Positions 11,930 to 23,172 are shown, counted from the stretch's first letter. The stretch: DNA of 64,000 bases from Basidiobolus meristosporus CBS 931.73 (GCA_002104905.1 MCFE01000027.1:124001-188000); one strand, 5' to 3'. Notes: a model not told the origin generated them from the letters alone. Made by a program: numbers and translations.

Positions 11930-13339
11930 GAATATTGCCTTTGAGTCTGTGATGGATGTGATGAATTGGCACATGCAGGACAGCCAGAAATAGTTGGAAA
12001 ATACTGAGGACTGATGTGCACATGGAGACACCTATGCCTATGACATTAAGGGCTAAGCAGCCCCAATGTGTGTGTAATCAGTTTAGTAATGCAGAGTTGG
12101 GTTGGGTGCAACAGGCAACTTGTTTTTTTTTGCAAAGCTCTGCACAAGTATGCCGCATCTCTCTTGGCAACAAGCCAGTTTCAACACTATTCAATACAGA
12201 ATTCACACAAACAAGAGCCAGGGTGCACCTATAAGGTGGGCTAGAATCCAGCAGGGAGAAGGGTTCCATTGGTTAAATACCAAAAAGTTCTTTGTAGATA
12301 TTCAGGAGGTGTTCATGGCAGAAGTGGTGGCAACCCAGTATATGTTTGCAAGATGTATATGTTATAAGCAATACAAGGTATGTGACAACTTTCCAAGTAT
12401 CACACTAAAAAGCTGTCAAGTTGAGGTGATAGATTTATGTCAGTTGCAGCAAGTGTGTGCATTTGTAGAGGTTAATAAGCAGGAGGTCATAATATTTTTT
12501 GATCTAAACTACCTATGGAGTACCTAAGGTAAGAGAGGATAAGCAAATAAAGAGGGGTGATTCTACAATGGAATATATGAATTGTGTAAGGGGAGGTATC
12601 AAAAGAACTGCCATTTGGTAACTTGGTACAGTAGTATTATACAGAACTAGCTGTAGACCAGCATACTGCTGTGATAATGCCATTAGAGCCCTATGAAAAA
12701 TCTCAAACTTGGAATTCATCTGATTTTTAGCTGGCATTCTGCTTGTATTCTGATGGTATTTTGCTGGTATTCAGCCGGTGTTTTGTGTTCAGAATTTCAA
12801 ATGCAATTTTTGGTGGAAGTAATGGGCAGCTAATTACCTAATTTGGCAGGGATGCTAGTTTGCTTAGTCTCCTTGTGGAGAACTGTATGCTGGCCTGCCC
12901 ATCAGCTCAGAAAAGAGATACTGAGAGTTGTCAATTATGAGAAACTTGGAATTCAGCTGCTACTATGATGGTATTTTGCTGGCCTTTTCTCGATTTTTAT
13001 TAGGGTGAGCCTTGCAATGAGTCTGTCAAAACTCCATCTAGTACTTTGCCATATAAGGCAAATGGACGTACTGGCCAGTTAGATCCACTCAAGTAGTTGC
13101 AGAGTGCACAAAGACCACAACAATGCCATGCCACCACTGACATATCACCATACAAGCACTGTAATGTTTTTAGCTTTATTTTGCTGTAAAATTAGCCCAA
13201 ACTCTGTTGTGATCCAGTCATAAGATCATGTAGATGGTCATGGATTCCAAGCTGCTGGTATTATAGTGGCCTCCTGATGGGATCTTGATGGCTGATCCAT
13301 ATTGGATCCACCCATGGGACCAAATTATTTTGCATAGGG
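11930..13339 (+). mobile_element. CMC-like transposon copy 3: 3' fragment only, carrying a MITE
   Basis: 11930 onward aligns to copy 1 from about 5306 (GAATATT.CCTT..AGTC..GATGGATGTGATG). Ends with the 3' TIR TTTTGCATAGGG at 13339. Confidence 0.85.
12689..13005. mobile_element. 317-bp MITE with CCCTA termini
   Basis: Left end CCCTATGAAAAATC, right end reverse complement CCCTAATAAAAATC (12/14). Flanks AGAG / TGAG (3/4 match). Removing it and one flank restores the host sequence CCATTAGAG-CCTTGC, collinear with copy 1. Confidence 0.85.
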
Positions 13340-13490
13340 AATGTGCCTTGTAGTTCAGCTGGCACTACAAGGTCCAGCACCTTATCTGCTAGTCTTTTTA
13401 TTAGATTCTTGTAATATTTAGGCAAGTATTCTCAAGCACTACATTGAAGAACTGCTGCAGCCTCTTGGTGTGCCTATTGATGTTGAGAAT
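13340..13490 (-). pseudogene. Further fragment of transposon ORF2
   Basis: Aligns by eye to ~1240-1385 (TTCAGCTGG..CTACAAGGTCCAGCACC..ATCTGC.AGTCTTT). Confidence 0.7.
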
Positions 13491-13842
13491 TCAGATCAGA
13501 TCCATAGTTCTGATTAGACTGGCTGATTACTCCCACTGAATATGAGATATCTGGACATGGTTCAAGCATGATATATATCAGACTGCCAATCATAGATTGA
13601 TAGGGGAACTCTGGGCTCTCAGATAGCACCAAGCTCTGTTGATTTAGTTCAATTTGACCATGTAAGGTTTGTCTCCATTGGGGTAGCTGCAGGTTTACAG
13701 TCTTCCATTTGATACTTCTTTAGTATGTCTTGAGTATACCTGAATTGGCCTAGGGTGCTGGTCTGGGTACTTCTTTCTATGGAGAACCCATCCTAAAGTA
13801 GCAGCTGAGCTCTTCCAGATTGGACATCTTGTACTCCTTAGA

Positions 13843-14193
13843 TGTGGTAAGAGTCTTGGAGATATTGGAAGTGATTGGGAGGACAAGTGGATTATGTGGG
13901 TTTCACTTAATGATTTACTGAATGAAAAGGTAGTATTTGTACTTTTACATGGTCTTGGCATTACAAACATGTAGAATTGGTTAAGGAAGGTCCCAAGAAC
14001 ATGTGTGCAAAGCTGGGGGCTGTTTGGACAACTTTGAGAATTTTCATGTTCTAGGTACCTGGTATTTTGGTGAAAGTATTCTATGTAAATCCCCACAAGG
14101 AATTTTGGTTAGTATTCTCTAGAATTTGAAGGTAATGATCTAAGTGAGTAAGATAGATCAATATTTAGGTGGAATTCCAAATTTTTTACAACA
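13843..14193 (-). repeat. Solo LTR (copia family), 351 bp
   Basis: TGTGG...CAACA, homologous to the intact LTRs. Perfect 5-bp TSD TTAGA (13838-13842, 14194-14198). Confidence 0.93.
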
Positions 14194-15679
14194 TTAGATA
14201 GGCTGGATTTAGTCTCCTCTAATGTTTCAAGGCTATTGATGGCTATAATGAGATCATCTACATATATAGCTAGTAGAACTGGATTTGCTCTATGTGGCTT
14301 ATAGTATATACTATAGTCAGCATTATTCCTTTGCAAACTCAAAGATTTCAAATAAGAATCTATCTTGCAACTCCATGCTCTTGGTGTTGTTTGAGTCTAT
14401 ATAGAGATTTTTTAAGCTTGCTGGCCATATGGGAGTTATCTTGGTCAGCAAATACACCAGGCTGGCACATATACATGTCCTCATCAAGCTTTGCATTTAA
14501 AAATGCAGCCTTTAGATCCAAATGAGGTTTAAAAAACTGTTTTTTTTGCTGCAATAACCAATATTAATCTAATGGAATTAAACTTGGCTAACAGTGCAAA
14601 GGTCTCAATATAGTCAAGCCCTTTTGTTTGTGAGTATCCTTTGGTCACAAGTCTTGCTTTGTATCTTTCAACTCTACCATCAGCCTTGTATTTGACTTAA
14701 AGGCCCTTCTGCATCCAATTGATTTTCAGTTAATGGGTAAATTGACCAAGTCCCAAGTTTAATTTTCCATCAGGGCCTGATACTCCTCAGTCATTGCAGA
14801 TCTCCAAAGCTTTGTCTGAGGGCTATTCAGGGCCACTTTTACAGTCTGTGGCTCATCAATATGGACTTAATAGGCATAGGCTGAGTGTGTACCCTGATTG
14901 ATATGGTAATTTGACCTATTTTTTGACCAGTTGGATCTCCTGGTCTATGATACTAGAATGACCACTTCTGGGTTATTACTTGGCACTGATTCAGACAAGA
15001 CTACAGTTGCAGAGTTCTATGGAGTGAAAAATATTTCATTGTTTTGCTCTGATTCAACCCTGATTATTGGTGGACCTGAAATCCAACTTTTGTCTGCATC
15101 TAATGTCAGTTGTTGTGAAATTTGGATTTTCATCAATCAACACAGCCTTGATGCTTCACTCTTATAGCAGTAGCCCAAAAATATGCATTTTACACTTTTT
15201 GGCTCAAATTATGACTGATTTCCAGGCAGTTTCTTGCATATGCTGTGCACCCAAGTATTCTTAGATGTTCTGCACTTGGTCTGTATCTACACCATGTCTC
15301 AATGGAGTAGAATTGCATCATGCTCTGTTATAACCCCCATATTAAGGGTATAGAGATGTTGCAACTGATTTTGCCCAAAAAACATAGGATAATTTTTGAT
15401 CATGCATCATGGATCTGGCTATATTAATTATTGATCTGTTTGCACATTCTGCCACTCCGCTTTGCTGTAGGGAGTATGGTAAAGTAGTCACTTGCTTTAT
15501 CCCATGAATTTTGCAGAAGTGGATGAAGGGTATTGGGTATGTTCTCCTCCATTGTGAGAGTATATTTTCTTGCTATTTTCACCAGCTTCTTTCTCCACCT
15601 TAGCTTTAAACTTGCTGATCTTGAACAAAGCTTCTTCCTTTCTTTCCATGAAGTACACCCACATGTATTTTGTACAATC

Positions 15680-15970
15680 TGTTGTAAGAGTCTAGGAGAT
15701 ATTGGAAGTGATTTGGAGAACAAGTAGATTATGTGGTTTTCACTTGATGATTTATTGAATGTAAAACTAGTATTTATACTTTGACCTGGTCTTGGCATTA
15801 CAAACACATAGAATAGGCTAAGGAAGGTCCCAAGAGCATGTGTGCAAAGTTTGGGGCTGTTTGGATAACTTTAAGAATTTTCATGTTCTAGGTACCTGGT
15901 ATTTTGGTGAGAATATTCTAAGTGACTAATTTAGGTGAATATTTAGATGGAAATACAAATTTTTACAACA
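15680..15970 (-). repeat. Solo LTR (copia family) with ~60-bp internal deletion
   Basis: TGTTG...CAACA with perfect TSD CAATC (15675-15679, 15971-15975). The deletion joins two CTAAGT microhomologies of the full LTR. Confidence 0.93.
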
Positions 15971-16548
15971 CAATCATCAATAAATGTGGTTAAATACTTC
16001 ATCCTACCTAAGGGTAAGTTTTGCATAGGTCAGTAAAGATCTCAGTGAGTTAAATCTAATTTTTTCTTAGTTTTGATTAGCACAGAGCTCTTGAGTGGTT
16101 GTCTGGCTTGTTTCCCATATATGCAGGATTCACAGTGCTCCAAAATAGCTGGGGCATCAGTTTTTACTCCAGAAGTTAGCTGAGATTTGACCATTTTGTA
16201 CAAATGATCAATGTGAATGTGTCCAAATCTCCTGTGCCAAAGCATTGGTGTTTCTTCACTTAAGTTACTTATATTGGCAGCCAGATATGATGGAATATAA
16301 GTCAGTTTGTATAGATTTGGATCTCTGATACCCAAGGCAATATGGGTGCCATTCTGATCAGTGATCCTGCATCCAGAACTGTCAGAGCTGAAACTGAGTC
16401 CTTCTACAGTGGCCTTGCTCACAGATAGTAGGTCCTTGGCTATTTCTGGTACACAGAGTACTTATTTCAAGGTAAGTATATAGATTCCTTTACTGCTTCT
16501 AAGGTTGACTTGGAAAGTGCCTTCTCCCACTGCATCAAGTGTTCTATT

Positions 16549-16898
16549 TGTTGTAAGAGTCTTGGAGATATTGGAAGTGATTGGGAGAACAAGTAGATTA
16601 TGTGGTTTTCACTTAATGATTTATTGAATGTAAAAGTGGTATTTATACTTTTACCTGGTCTTGGCATTACAAACACGTAGAATAGGTTAAGGAAGGTCCC
16701 AAGAACATGTGTGCAAAGTTTGGGGCTGTTTGGACAACTTTGAGAATTTTCATGTTCTGGGTACCTGGTATTTTGGTGAAAATATTCTAAGTAAATCCCG
16801 ACAAGGAATTTGGTCAGTATTTTCTAGGATTTGAAGGTAATGATCTAAGTGACTAAGTTAGGTGAATATTTAGGTGGAAATACAAATTTTTTACAACA
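16549..16898 (-). repeat. 3' LTR of the intact copia
   Basis: 350 bp; identical to 20886-21235 except at offsets 251 and 335. Confidence 0.98.
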
Positions 16899-16909
16899 CT
16901 CCCACTCAG
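16899..16909 (-). other. Polypurine tract of the intact copia
   Basis: Minus strand reads stop codon TAG, then CTGAGTGGGAG, then the TGTTG of the 3' LTR. Confidence 0.85.
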
Positions 16910-19900
16910 CTAAATGTTCACACTGACTAGTCCTAATTTTGACCTAAGATATTCAAACTTGTCTCTAGCTAATGGTTTGGTAAATATGTCTGCAATCATT
17001 TCATCTGTAGGACAGTAAACTAATCTTACTAAGTTACTCTCTATAGCTTCACGTATGAAATGATGTCTAATATCTATGTGCTTGGTTCTAGCATGAAAAG
17101 TTGGATTTCTACCTAATTGTATACATCCTTGATTATCTTGAAATAAAGTAATAGGCGTTTTTTGACATAGGCCTAAATCTGTAAACAGCTTTCTTAACCA
17201 CATTGCTTCTTTTGTAGCCTCACAGGCTGCCATATATTCTGCCTCTGTAGTAGAAAGTGCTACGGTTGGTTGCTTTCTTGAATTCCATGAAATTGCTCCT
17301 TTACAGTAAAGAAAGGTGTATCCTGTGGTGGATCTTCTGTCTTCTAAATTTCGTCCCCAATCAGCATCAGAGTATCCCACAAGATCCTGTTCTGAATCCT
17401 TATAAGTGTATCTTAAGCAGATATCAGCAGTTCCTTTTAGGTATCTAAAAATCCGCTTAACTGCTGCAATATGATCAGATCCATAATTCTGATTATGTTG
17501 GCTGACAACTCCCACTGAATATGAGATATCTGGACGTGTTCCAAGCATGATATACATCAGACTGCCAACCATAGATTGATAAGGAAAGTCAGGGCTTTCA
17601 GATGGCACCAAGCTCTCTTGATTTGGTTGAGTTTTGACCAAGTTAAGGTTTGTCTCCATTGGGGTAGCTGCCGGTTTACAGTCTTCCATTTTGTACTTCT
17701 TTAGTATGTCTTGAATATACTTGGATTGGCTTAGGGTAATAGTCTGGGTACTTCTGTCTATGGAGAACTTAATCCCTAAGTAGTAACTGAGTTCTCCTAG
17801 ATCGGACATCTTGAACTCCTTAGATAGGCTGGATTTAGTCTCTTCCAATGTTTCTAGGTTATTGGTGGCTATAATAAGATCATCCACATATAGAGCTAAT
17901 AGAACTGGATTTGCTCTATCTGGCTTATAGTATATACTATAGTCAGCATTACTCCTTTTGAAACTCAAAGATTCCAAATAAGAATCTATCTTGCAATTCC
18001 AGGCTCTCGGTGATTGTTTGAGACCATATAGTGACTTTTTAAGCTTGCAGACCAAATGGGGGTTATCTTGGTCAACAAACCCATCAGGCTGGTCCATATA
18101 CATGTCCTCATCAAGTTCTCCATTCAAAAATGCAGTTTTTACATCCATTTGATGAATAAAAAACTTATATTTGGCTGCAATAGCCAATATTAATCTGATG
18201 GAATTAAACTTGGCTACCGGTGCAAAGGTCTCAGTATAGTCAAGTCCTTTTGTTTGAGAGTATCCTTTGGCTACAAGTCTTGCTTTGTATCTTTCAATTG
18301 TACCATCAGCCTTGTACTTTGTCTTGAAGACCCATCTGCATCCAATTGATTTTCGGTTGATTGGTAATTTGACTAAGTCCCAAGTTTGATTTTCCATCAG
18401 GGCCTGATATTCCTCAGTCATTGCAGATCTCCAAAACTTTGTCTGAGGGCTATTTAGGGCCTCTTTTACAGTCTGGGGTTCATCAATATGGACTGAATAG
18501 GCATAGGCTAAGTTTGTACCCTCATTAATATAGTAATTTGGGCTATTTCTTGTCCGATTTGATCTCCGGGCATTTGATACTGGAATGATCACTTCTGGGA
18601 TATTCCTGGGCACTGATTCTGGCTGAACCACGGTTGTAGAGTCCTCTGGAGTGAAAAAATTTTCATTGTTTTGCTCTGATTCAATCCTGACAATTGGTGG
18701 ACTTGAGATCAAATTTTTGTCATCATCTGATGTCATTTTTTGTGAAAATTTTGAATTTTCATCAAACAACACATCCCTGGACTTGATCAGCTTCTTTGCT
18801 TCGGTATTGTAGAGTCTGTATGCCTTACTCTCATTGCAGTAGCCCAAAAATATGCATTTTACACTTTTTGGCTCAAATTTTGACTGATTTCCGGCCAGTT
18901 TTTTGGCATATGCTGTACACCCAAATATTCTTAGATGTTCTGCACTTGGTCTGTGTCCATACCATGCTTCAAATGGAGTAGAATCACGAAGTATTCTGTT
19001 ATAACTCCTATTTTTAAGATATACAGCAGTGGCAACTGATTCTGCCCAAAAATCATAGGATAATTTTTGAGCATGGATCATAGATCTTGCCATATCAATT
19101 ATTGATCTGTTAGCTCGTTCTGCTACTCCATTTTGCTGTGGGGAGTATGGTACAGTAGTCTCTTGCTTTATCCCATGAATTTTGCAGAAGTGGATGAAGA
19201 GTTTTGAGGTATATTCTCCACCATTGTCAGAGCATATTTTCTTGATTTTTTCACCAGTTTCTCTCTCCACCATGGCTTTAAACTCCCTGAGCTTAGACAG
19301 AGCTTCTTCCTTTCTCTCCATGAAGTAGACCCATGTGTATCTTGTATAATCATCAATAAAAGTGATTAAATACTTCATCCCGCCTAAGGATAAATTTTGC
19401 ATAGGTCCACACAGATCTGAGTGAATTAGATCTAATTTTTTCTTAGTTTTGATTAACCCAGAGCTCTTGAACGGTTGTCTGGCTTGTTTCCCATATATGC
19501 AGGCTTCACAGTGCTCCAAATTAGCTGGGGGATCAATTTTCACACCAGAAATTAGCTGATCTTTGATCATTTTACGCAAATAATCAAAATTGATGTGTCC
19601 AAATCTCCTGTGCCAAAGCATTGGTGTTTCTTCATTTAAGTTACTTATATTGGCTTCCAGATATGATGGAATATAAGTCAACTTGTATAGGTTCTGATCT
19701 CTGATGCCCGAAGCAATATGAGCACCATTTTGATCAGTGATCCTGCATCCAGAATTGTCAAAACTGAAACTGAGTCCTTCTGCTGTGGCCTTGCTTACAG
19801 AGAGTAGGTTCTTGGCTATTTCTGGTACATAGAGTACTTCTTTAAAGGTCAGTGTATGGCTTCCTTCACTGCTTCTAAGGTTTACTTGGATAGTTCCTTC

Positions 19901-21013
19901 TCCCACTGCATCAAGTGTTCTATCGTCACCCATGAAAACCTTCTTAATTGGGATTTCTTGATATTGGGTAAAAAGTTCTTTTTGGTGTGTAAAGTGTTGA
20001 GAAGCTCCAGAGTCAATATACCACGTCTGAGAATCCTTGTTTGTGGTCATATTTAGTGCAGATATGAATAGTCTATCTTCAGTTGTTGCAGCATTTCCAT
20101 ATTCAGGCTTCTTTTGCTGATAATCTCTCTTTTTGAAACACTGGTCTGATGTGTGTCCTTTCCTTTTGCAGTAGTTGCAAAATAGGTTGCTGTTGCCTTT
20201 GTAGGGTCTTGGGTACCTCCTTTGTTGGTTATCATTGCTTATTAAAGCATTTTCTTCTTCCTTCTTATTGGCGCTTGATTTTCTTAATTCTTCATCCAGG
20301 AGCCTTCCATATACGTAATTTAAGGTCAAATCTTCAGTTCTGGACTCTAGGGCTGATACAAGGCCCTGAAACTCGTCTGTCAGGCTATTCAGGATGGTAA
20401 CTATCACATCCTCATCAGTAGTTGGTACGCCCACAGATTCCATCTCATCTACCAGCAGGGTAATTCTGTTAATTAGATTTTTCATTTCTTCTCCTGGCAG
20501 CATCTTTGTAGTAAAGAATTTTCTTCTCAGATACATTTTCTTGGCAGCTGAACATGACTGGTAGGTGTCTTCTAATGCTTTCCAGGCATTTTTTGCCGTT
20601 TTTGCTCTTGAGCATTGAATTAGCAATTTGTCCTTGACATTAAGGCAAATGCAGTTAAAGGCACTTTGTTCTTTCTTCTGGTACTTTAAGGCTTCCTCTC
20701 CCACGTTTTTAGGAGGGCATTCTTCTCCCATGACAATATCCCAAAGGCCTCTTTCTTGCAGCAGCATCTTCATCTTCACCTTCCACACTTGGTAGTTAGA
20801 TCCATCCAACTTTTCAGCAGAGGGAAAAATTCCAGTAATAGCAGTAGTAGACATTGCAGAGAGTGACAGCTCGGGGCTCATAACCTGTTGTAAGAGTCTT
20901 GGAGATATTGGAAGTGATTGGGAGAACAAGTAGATTATGTGGTTTTCACTTAATGATTTATTGAATGTAAAAGTGGTATTTATACTTTTACCTGGTCTTG
21001 GCATTACAAACAC
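16910..21013 (-). CDS. Copia gag-pol polyprotein (gag, Zn knuckle, protease, integrase, RT, RNase H)
   Basis: 1,367-codon ORF with LDGSNYQVWKVKM, CNYCKRKGHTSDQC, WYIDSGASQH, WHRRFGH..CEAC, HSDLCGP / SDNGGEY / QNGVAERAN, KARLVAKGY, MDVKTAFLNG, YVDDLII, YSDADWG and ADIFTKPL in copia domain order. The true start may be the ATG in the PBS or MSTTA. Confidence 0.97.
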   Translation of the reverse strand: MFVMPRPGKSINTTFTFNKSLSENHIIYLFSQSLPISPRLLQQVMSPELSLSAMSTTAITGIFPSAEKLDGSNYQVWKVKMKMLLQERGLWDIVMGEECPPKNVGEEALKYQKKEQSAFNCICLNVKDKLLIQCSRAKTAKNAWKALEDTYQSCSAAKKMYLRRKFFTTKMLPGEEMKNLINRITLLVDEMESVGVPTTDEDVIVTILNSLTDEFQGLVSALESRTEDLTLNYVYGRLLDEELRKSSANKKEEENALISNDNQQRRYPRPYKGNSNLFCNYCKRKGHTSDQCFKKRDYQQKKPEYGNAATTEDRLFISALNMTTNKDSQTWYIDSGASQHFTHQKELFTQYQEIPIKKVFMGDDRTLDAVGEGTIQVNLRSSEGSHTLTFKEVLYVPEIAKNLLSVSKATAEGLSFSFDNSGCRITDQNGAHIASGIRDQNLYKLTYIPSYLEANISNLNEETPMLWHRRFGHINFDYLRKMIKDQLISGVKIDPPANLEHCEACIYGKQARQPFKSSGLIKTKKKLDLIHSDLCGPMQNLSLGGMKYLITFIDDYTRYTWVYFMERKEEALSKLREFKAMVERETGEKIKKICSDNGGEYTSKLFIHFCKIHGIKQETTVPYSPQQNGVAERANRSIIDMARSMIHAQKLSYDFWAESVATAVYLKNRSYNRILRDSTPFEAWYGHRPSAEHLRIFGCTAYAKKLAGNQSKFEPKSVKCIFLGYCNESKAYRLYNTEAKKLIKSRDVLFDENSKFSQKMTSDDDKNLISSPPIVRIESEQNNENFFTPEDSTTVVQPESVPRNIPEVIIPVSNARRSNRTRNSPNYYINEGTNLAYAYSVHIDEPQTVKEALNSPQTKFWRSAMTEEYQALMENQTWDLVKLPINRKSIGCRWVFKTKYKADGTIERYKARLVAKGYSQTKGLDYTETFAPVAKFNSIRLILAIAAKYKFFIHQMDVKTAFLNGELDEDMYMDQPDGFVDQDNPHLVCKLKKSLYGLKQSPRAWNCKIDSYLESLSFKRSNADYSIYYKPDRANPVLLALYVDDLIIATNNLETLEETKSSLSKEFKMSDLGELSYYLGIKFSIDRSTQTITLSQSKYIQDILKKYKMEDCKPAATPMETNLNLVKTQPNQESLVPSESPDFPYQSMVGSLMYIMLGTRPDISYSVGVVSQHNQNYGSDHIAAVKRIFRYLKGTADICLRYTYKDSEQDLVGYSDADWGRNLEDRRSTTGYTFLYCKGAISWNSRKQPTVALSTTEAEYMAACEATKEAMWLRKLFTDLGLCQKTPITLFQDNQGCIQLGRNPTFHARTKHIDIRHHFIREAIESNLVRLVYCPTDEMIADIFTKPLARDKFEYLRSKLGLVSVNI
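20873..20885 (-). other. Primer-binding site, half-tRNAiMet type (GGTTATGAGCCCC)
   Basis: Abuts the 5' LTR. Complementary to the anticodon arm of fungal initiator tRNA-Met (GGGCTCATAACC), as in Ty5 and Drosophila copia. Confidence 0.9.
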
Positions 21014-21235
21014 GTAGAATAGGTTAAGGAAGGTCCCAAGAACATGTGTGCAAAGTTTGGGGCTGTTTGGACAACTTTGAGAATTTTCATGTTCTGGGTA
21101 CCTGGTATTTTGGTGAAAATATTCTAAGTAAATCCCAACAAGGAATTTGGTCAGTATTTTCTAGGATTTGAAGGTAATGATCTAAGTGACTAAGTTAGGT
21201 GAATATTTAGGTGGAAATACGAATTTTTTACAACA
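20886..21235 (-). repeat. 5' LTR of the intact copia
   Basis: 350 bp, TGTTG...CAACA, followed by the TSD CTATT. Confidence 0.98.
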
Positions 21236-21540
21236 CTATTGTCACCTATGAAAACCTTCTTGATTGGAATTTCTTGATAATGGGTAAAAAGTTCTTTTTA
21301 GTGTGTAAAGTGTTGAGATGCTCCAGAGACAAGTTACCACATCTGAGAATCCTTGTTTGTGGTCATATTTAGTGCAGATATGAAAGTTCTATCATCTGTT
21401 ATTGCAGCATTTCCATATACAGGCTTCTTTTGTTGATTATCTCTCTTCTTGAAGCACCAGTCTAATGTGTGCCCTTTCATTTTGCAGTAATTGCAAAACA
21501 TGCTGCTATTGCCTTTAAGGGGTCTTGAGTGCCTCCTTTG

Positions 21541-23172
21541 TGTTGTAAGAATTTGTTTTTCCACCTAAATATTCACCTAACTTAGTCACTTAGATCATAC
21601 TCTTGTATCCTAGAGAATACTGACCAAATTCCTTGTCAGGATTTACTTAGAATATTTTCACCAAAATATCAGGTACCCAGAACATGAAAATTCTCAAGGT
21701 TATTCAAACAGCCGCAAACCTTGCACACATGTTCTTGGGACCTTCCTTAACCTATTATATGTGTTTGTAATGCCAAGACTATGTAAGTGTATAAATACTA
21801 CATTTTCATTCAATATATCATTAAGTGAAAACCACATAATCTACTTGTTCTCCCAATCACTACTAATATCTCCAAGACTCTTACAACAGGTTATGAGCCC
21901 CAAGTTGTCACTCTCTGCAATGTCTAATACTGCTATCACTGGAGCTTTTCCCTCTGCTGAAAAGTTGGATGGATCTAACTATCAAGTGTGGAGGGTGAAG
22001 ATGAAGATGATGCTGCAAGAAAGAGGCCTTTGGGATATTGTCATGGGAGAAGAATGCCCTCCTAAAAACGTGGGAGAGGAAGCCTTAGAGTACCAGAAGA
22101 AAGAACAAAGTGCCTTTAACCGCATTTGCCCTAATGTTAAGGACAAATTGCTAATTCAATACCCAAGAGCAAAAACGGCAAAGAATGCCTGGAAGGCATT
22201 AGAAGACACCTACCAGTCATGTTCAGCAGCTAATAAAATGTATCTGAGACAAAAACTCTTTACTACAAAGATGCCGCCAGAAGAAGAAATGAAAAATCTA
22301 ATTAACAGAATTACCCTGCTGGTAGATGAAATGGAATCTGTGGGCGTACCAACTACTGATGATGGTGTAATAGTTACCATCCTGAAAGCCTTACAGACAA
22401 GTTTCAGGGCCTTGTATCTGCCCTAGAGTCCAGAACTGAAGAATTGACCTTAAATTACATATATGGAAGGCTCCTGGATGAAGAATTAAGAAAATCAAGC
22501 ACCAATAAGAAGAAAGAAGAAAATGCTTTAATAAGCAATGATAACCAACAAAGAAGGTACCCAAGACCTTACAAAGGCAACAGCAACCTGTTTTGTAACT
22601 ACTGCAAAAGGAAAGGACGCACATCAGACCAGTGCTTCAAAAAGAAAGATGGTCAGCAGAAAAAGCCTGAATATGGAAATGCTGCAACAACTGAAGATAG
22701 ACTATTCATATCTGCACTAAATATGACCACAAACAAGGATTCTCAGACATGGTATATTGACTCTGGACCATCTCAACACTTTACGTACCAAAAAGAGCTT
22801 TTTACCCAATATCAAGAAATTCCAATAAGATGGTTTTCATGGGTGACAATAGAACACTTGATGCAGTGGGAGAAGGAACTATCCAAGTCAACCTAAGAAG
22901 CAGTGAAGGAAGCCATACACTGACTTTCAAAGAAGTACTTTATGTACCAGAAATAGCCAAGAACCTACTATCTGTAAGCAAGGCCACTGCAGAAGGAGTC
23001 AGTTTCAGCTTTGACAATTCTGGATGCAAGATCACTGATCAAAATGGTGCCCATATTGCTTTGGATATCAGAGATCAGAATCTATACAAGTTGACTTATA
23101 TTCCATCATATCTGGAAGCCAATATAAGTAACTTAAATGAAGAAACACCAATGCTTTGGCACAGGAGATTTG
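21541..23172 (+). mobile_element. Oppositely oriented, 3'-truncated copy of the same copia (5' LTR 21541-21888, PBS 21889-21901, frameshifted gag-protease)
   Basis: LTR is followed by GGTTATGAGCCCC. ORFs 21761-22426, 22444-22896 and 22830-23180 are near-identical to the intact gag/PR. Breaks at WHRRF. Confidence 0.93.

Larger units (their letters stand above)
16549..21235 (-). mobile_element. Intact full-length Ty1/copia LTR retrotransposon, 4,687 bp
   Basis: 350-bp LTRs at 16549-16898 and 20886-21235 (TGTTG...CAACA, 2 mismatches). TSD CTATT on both sides. PBS, PPT and an uninterrupted gag-pol ORF are present. Confidence 0.98.
13494..21540 (-). mobile_element. Old, decayed Ty1/copia host copy (RT, integrase and gag remnants) containing three later insertions of the same family
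   Basis: Segments 13494-13842, 14194-15679, 15971-16548 and 21236-21540 align in order to the intact element, with stops, frameshifts and deletions. Confidence 0.9.
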
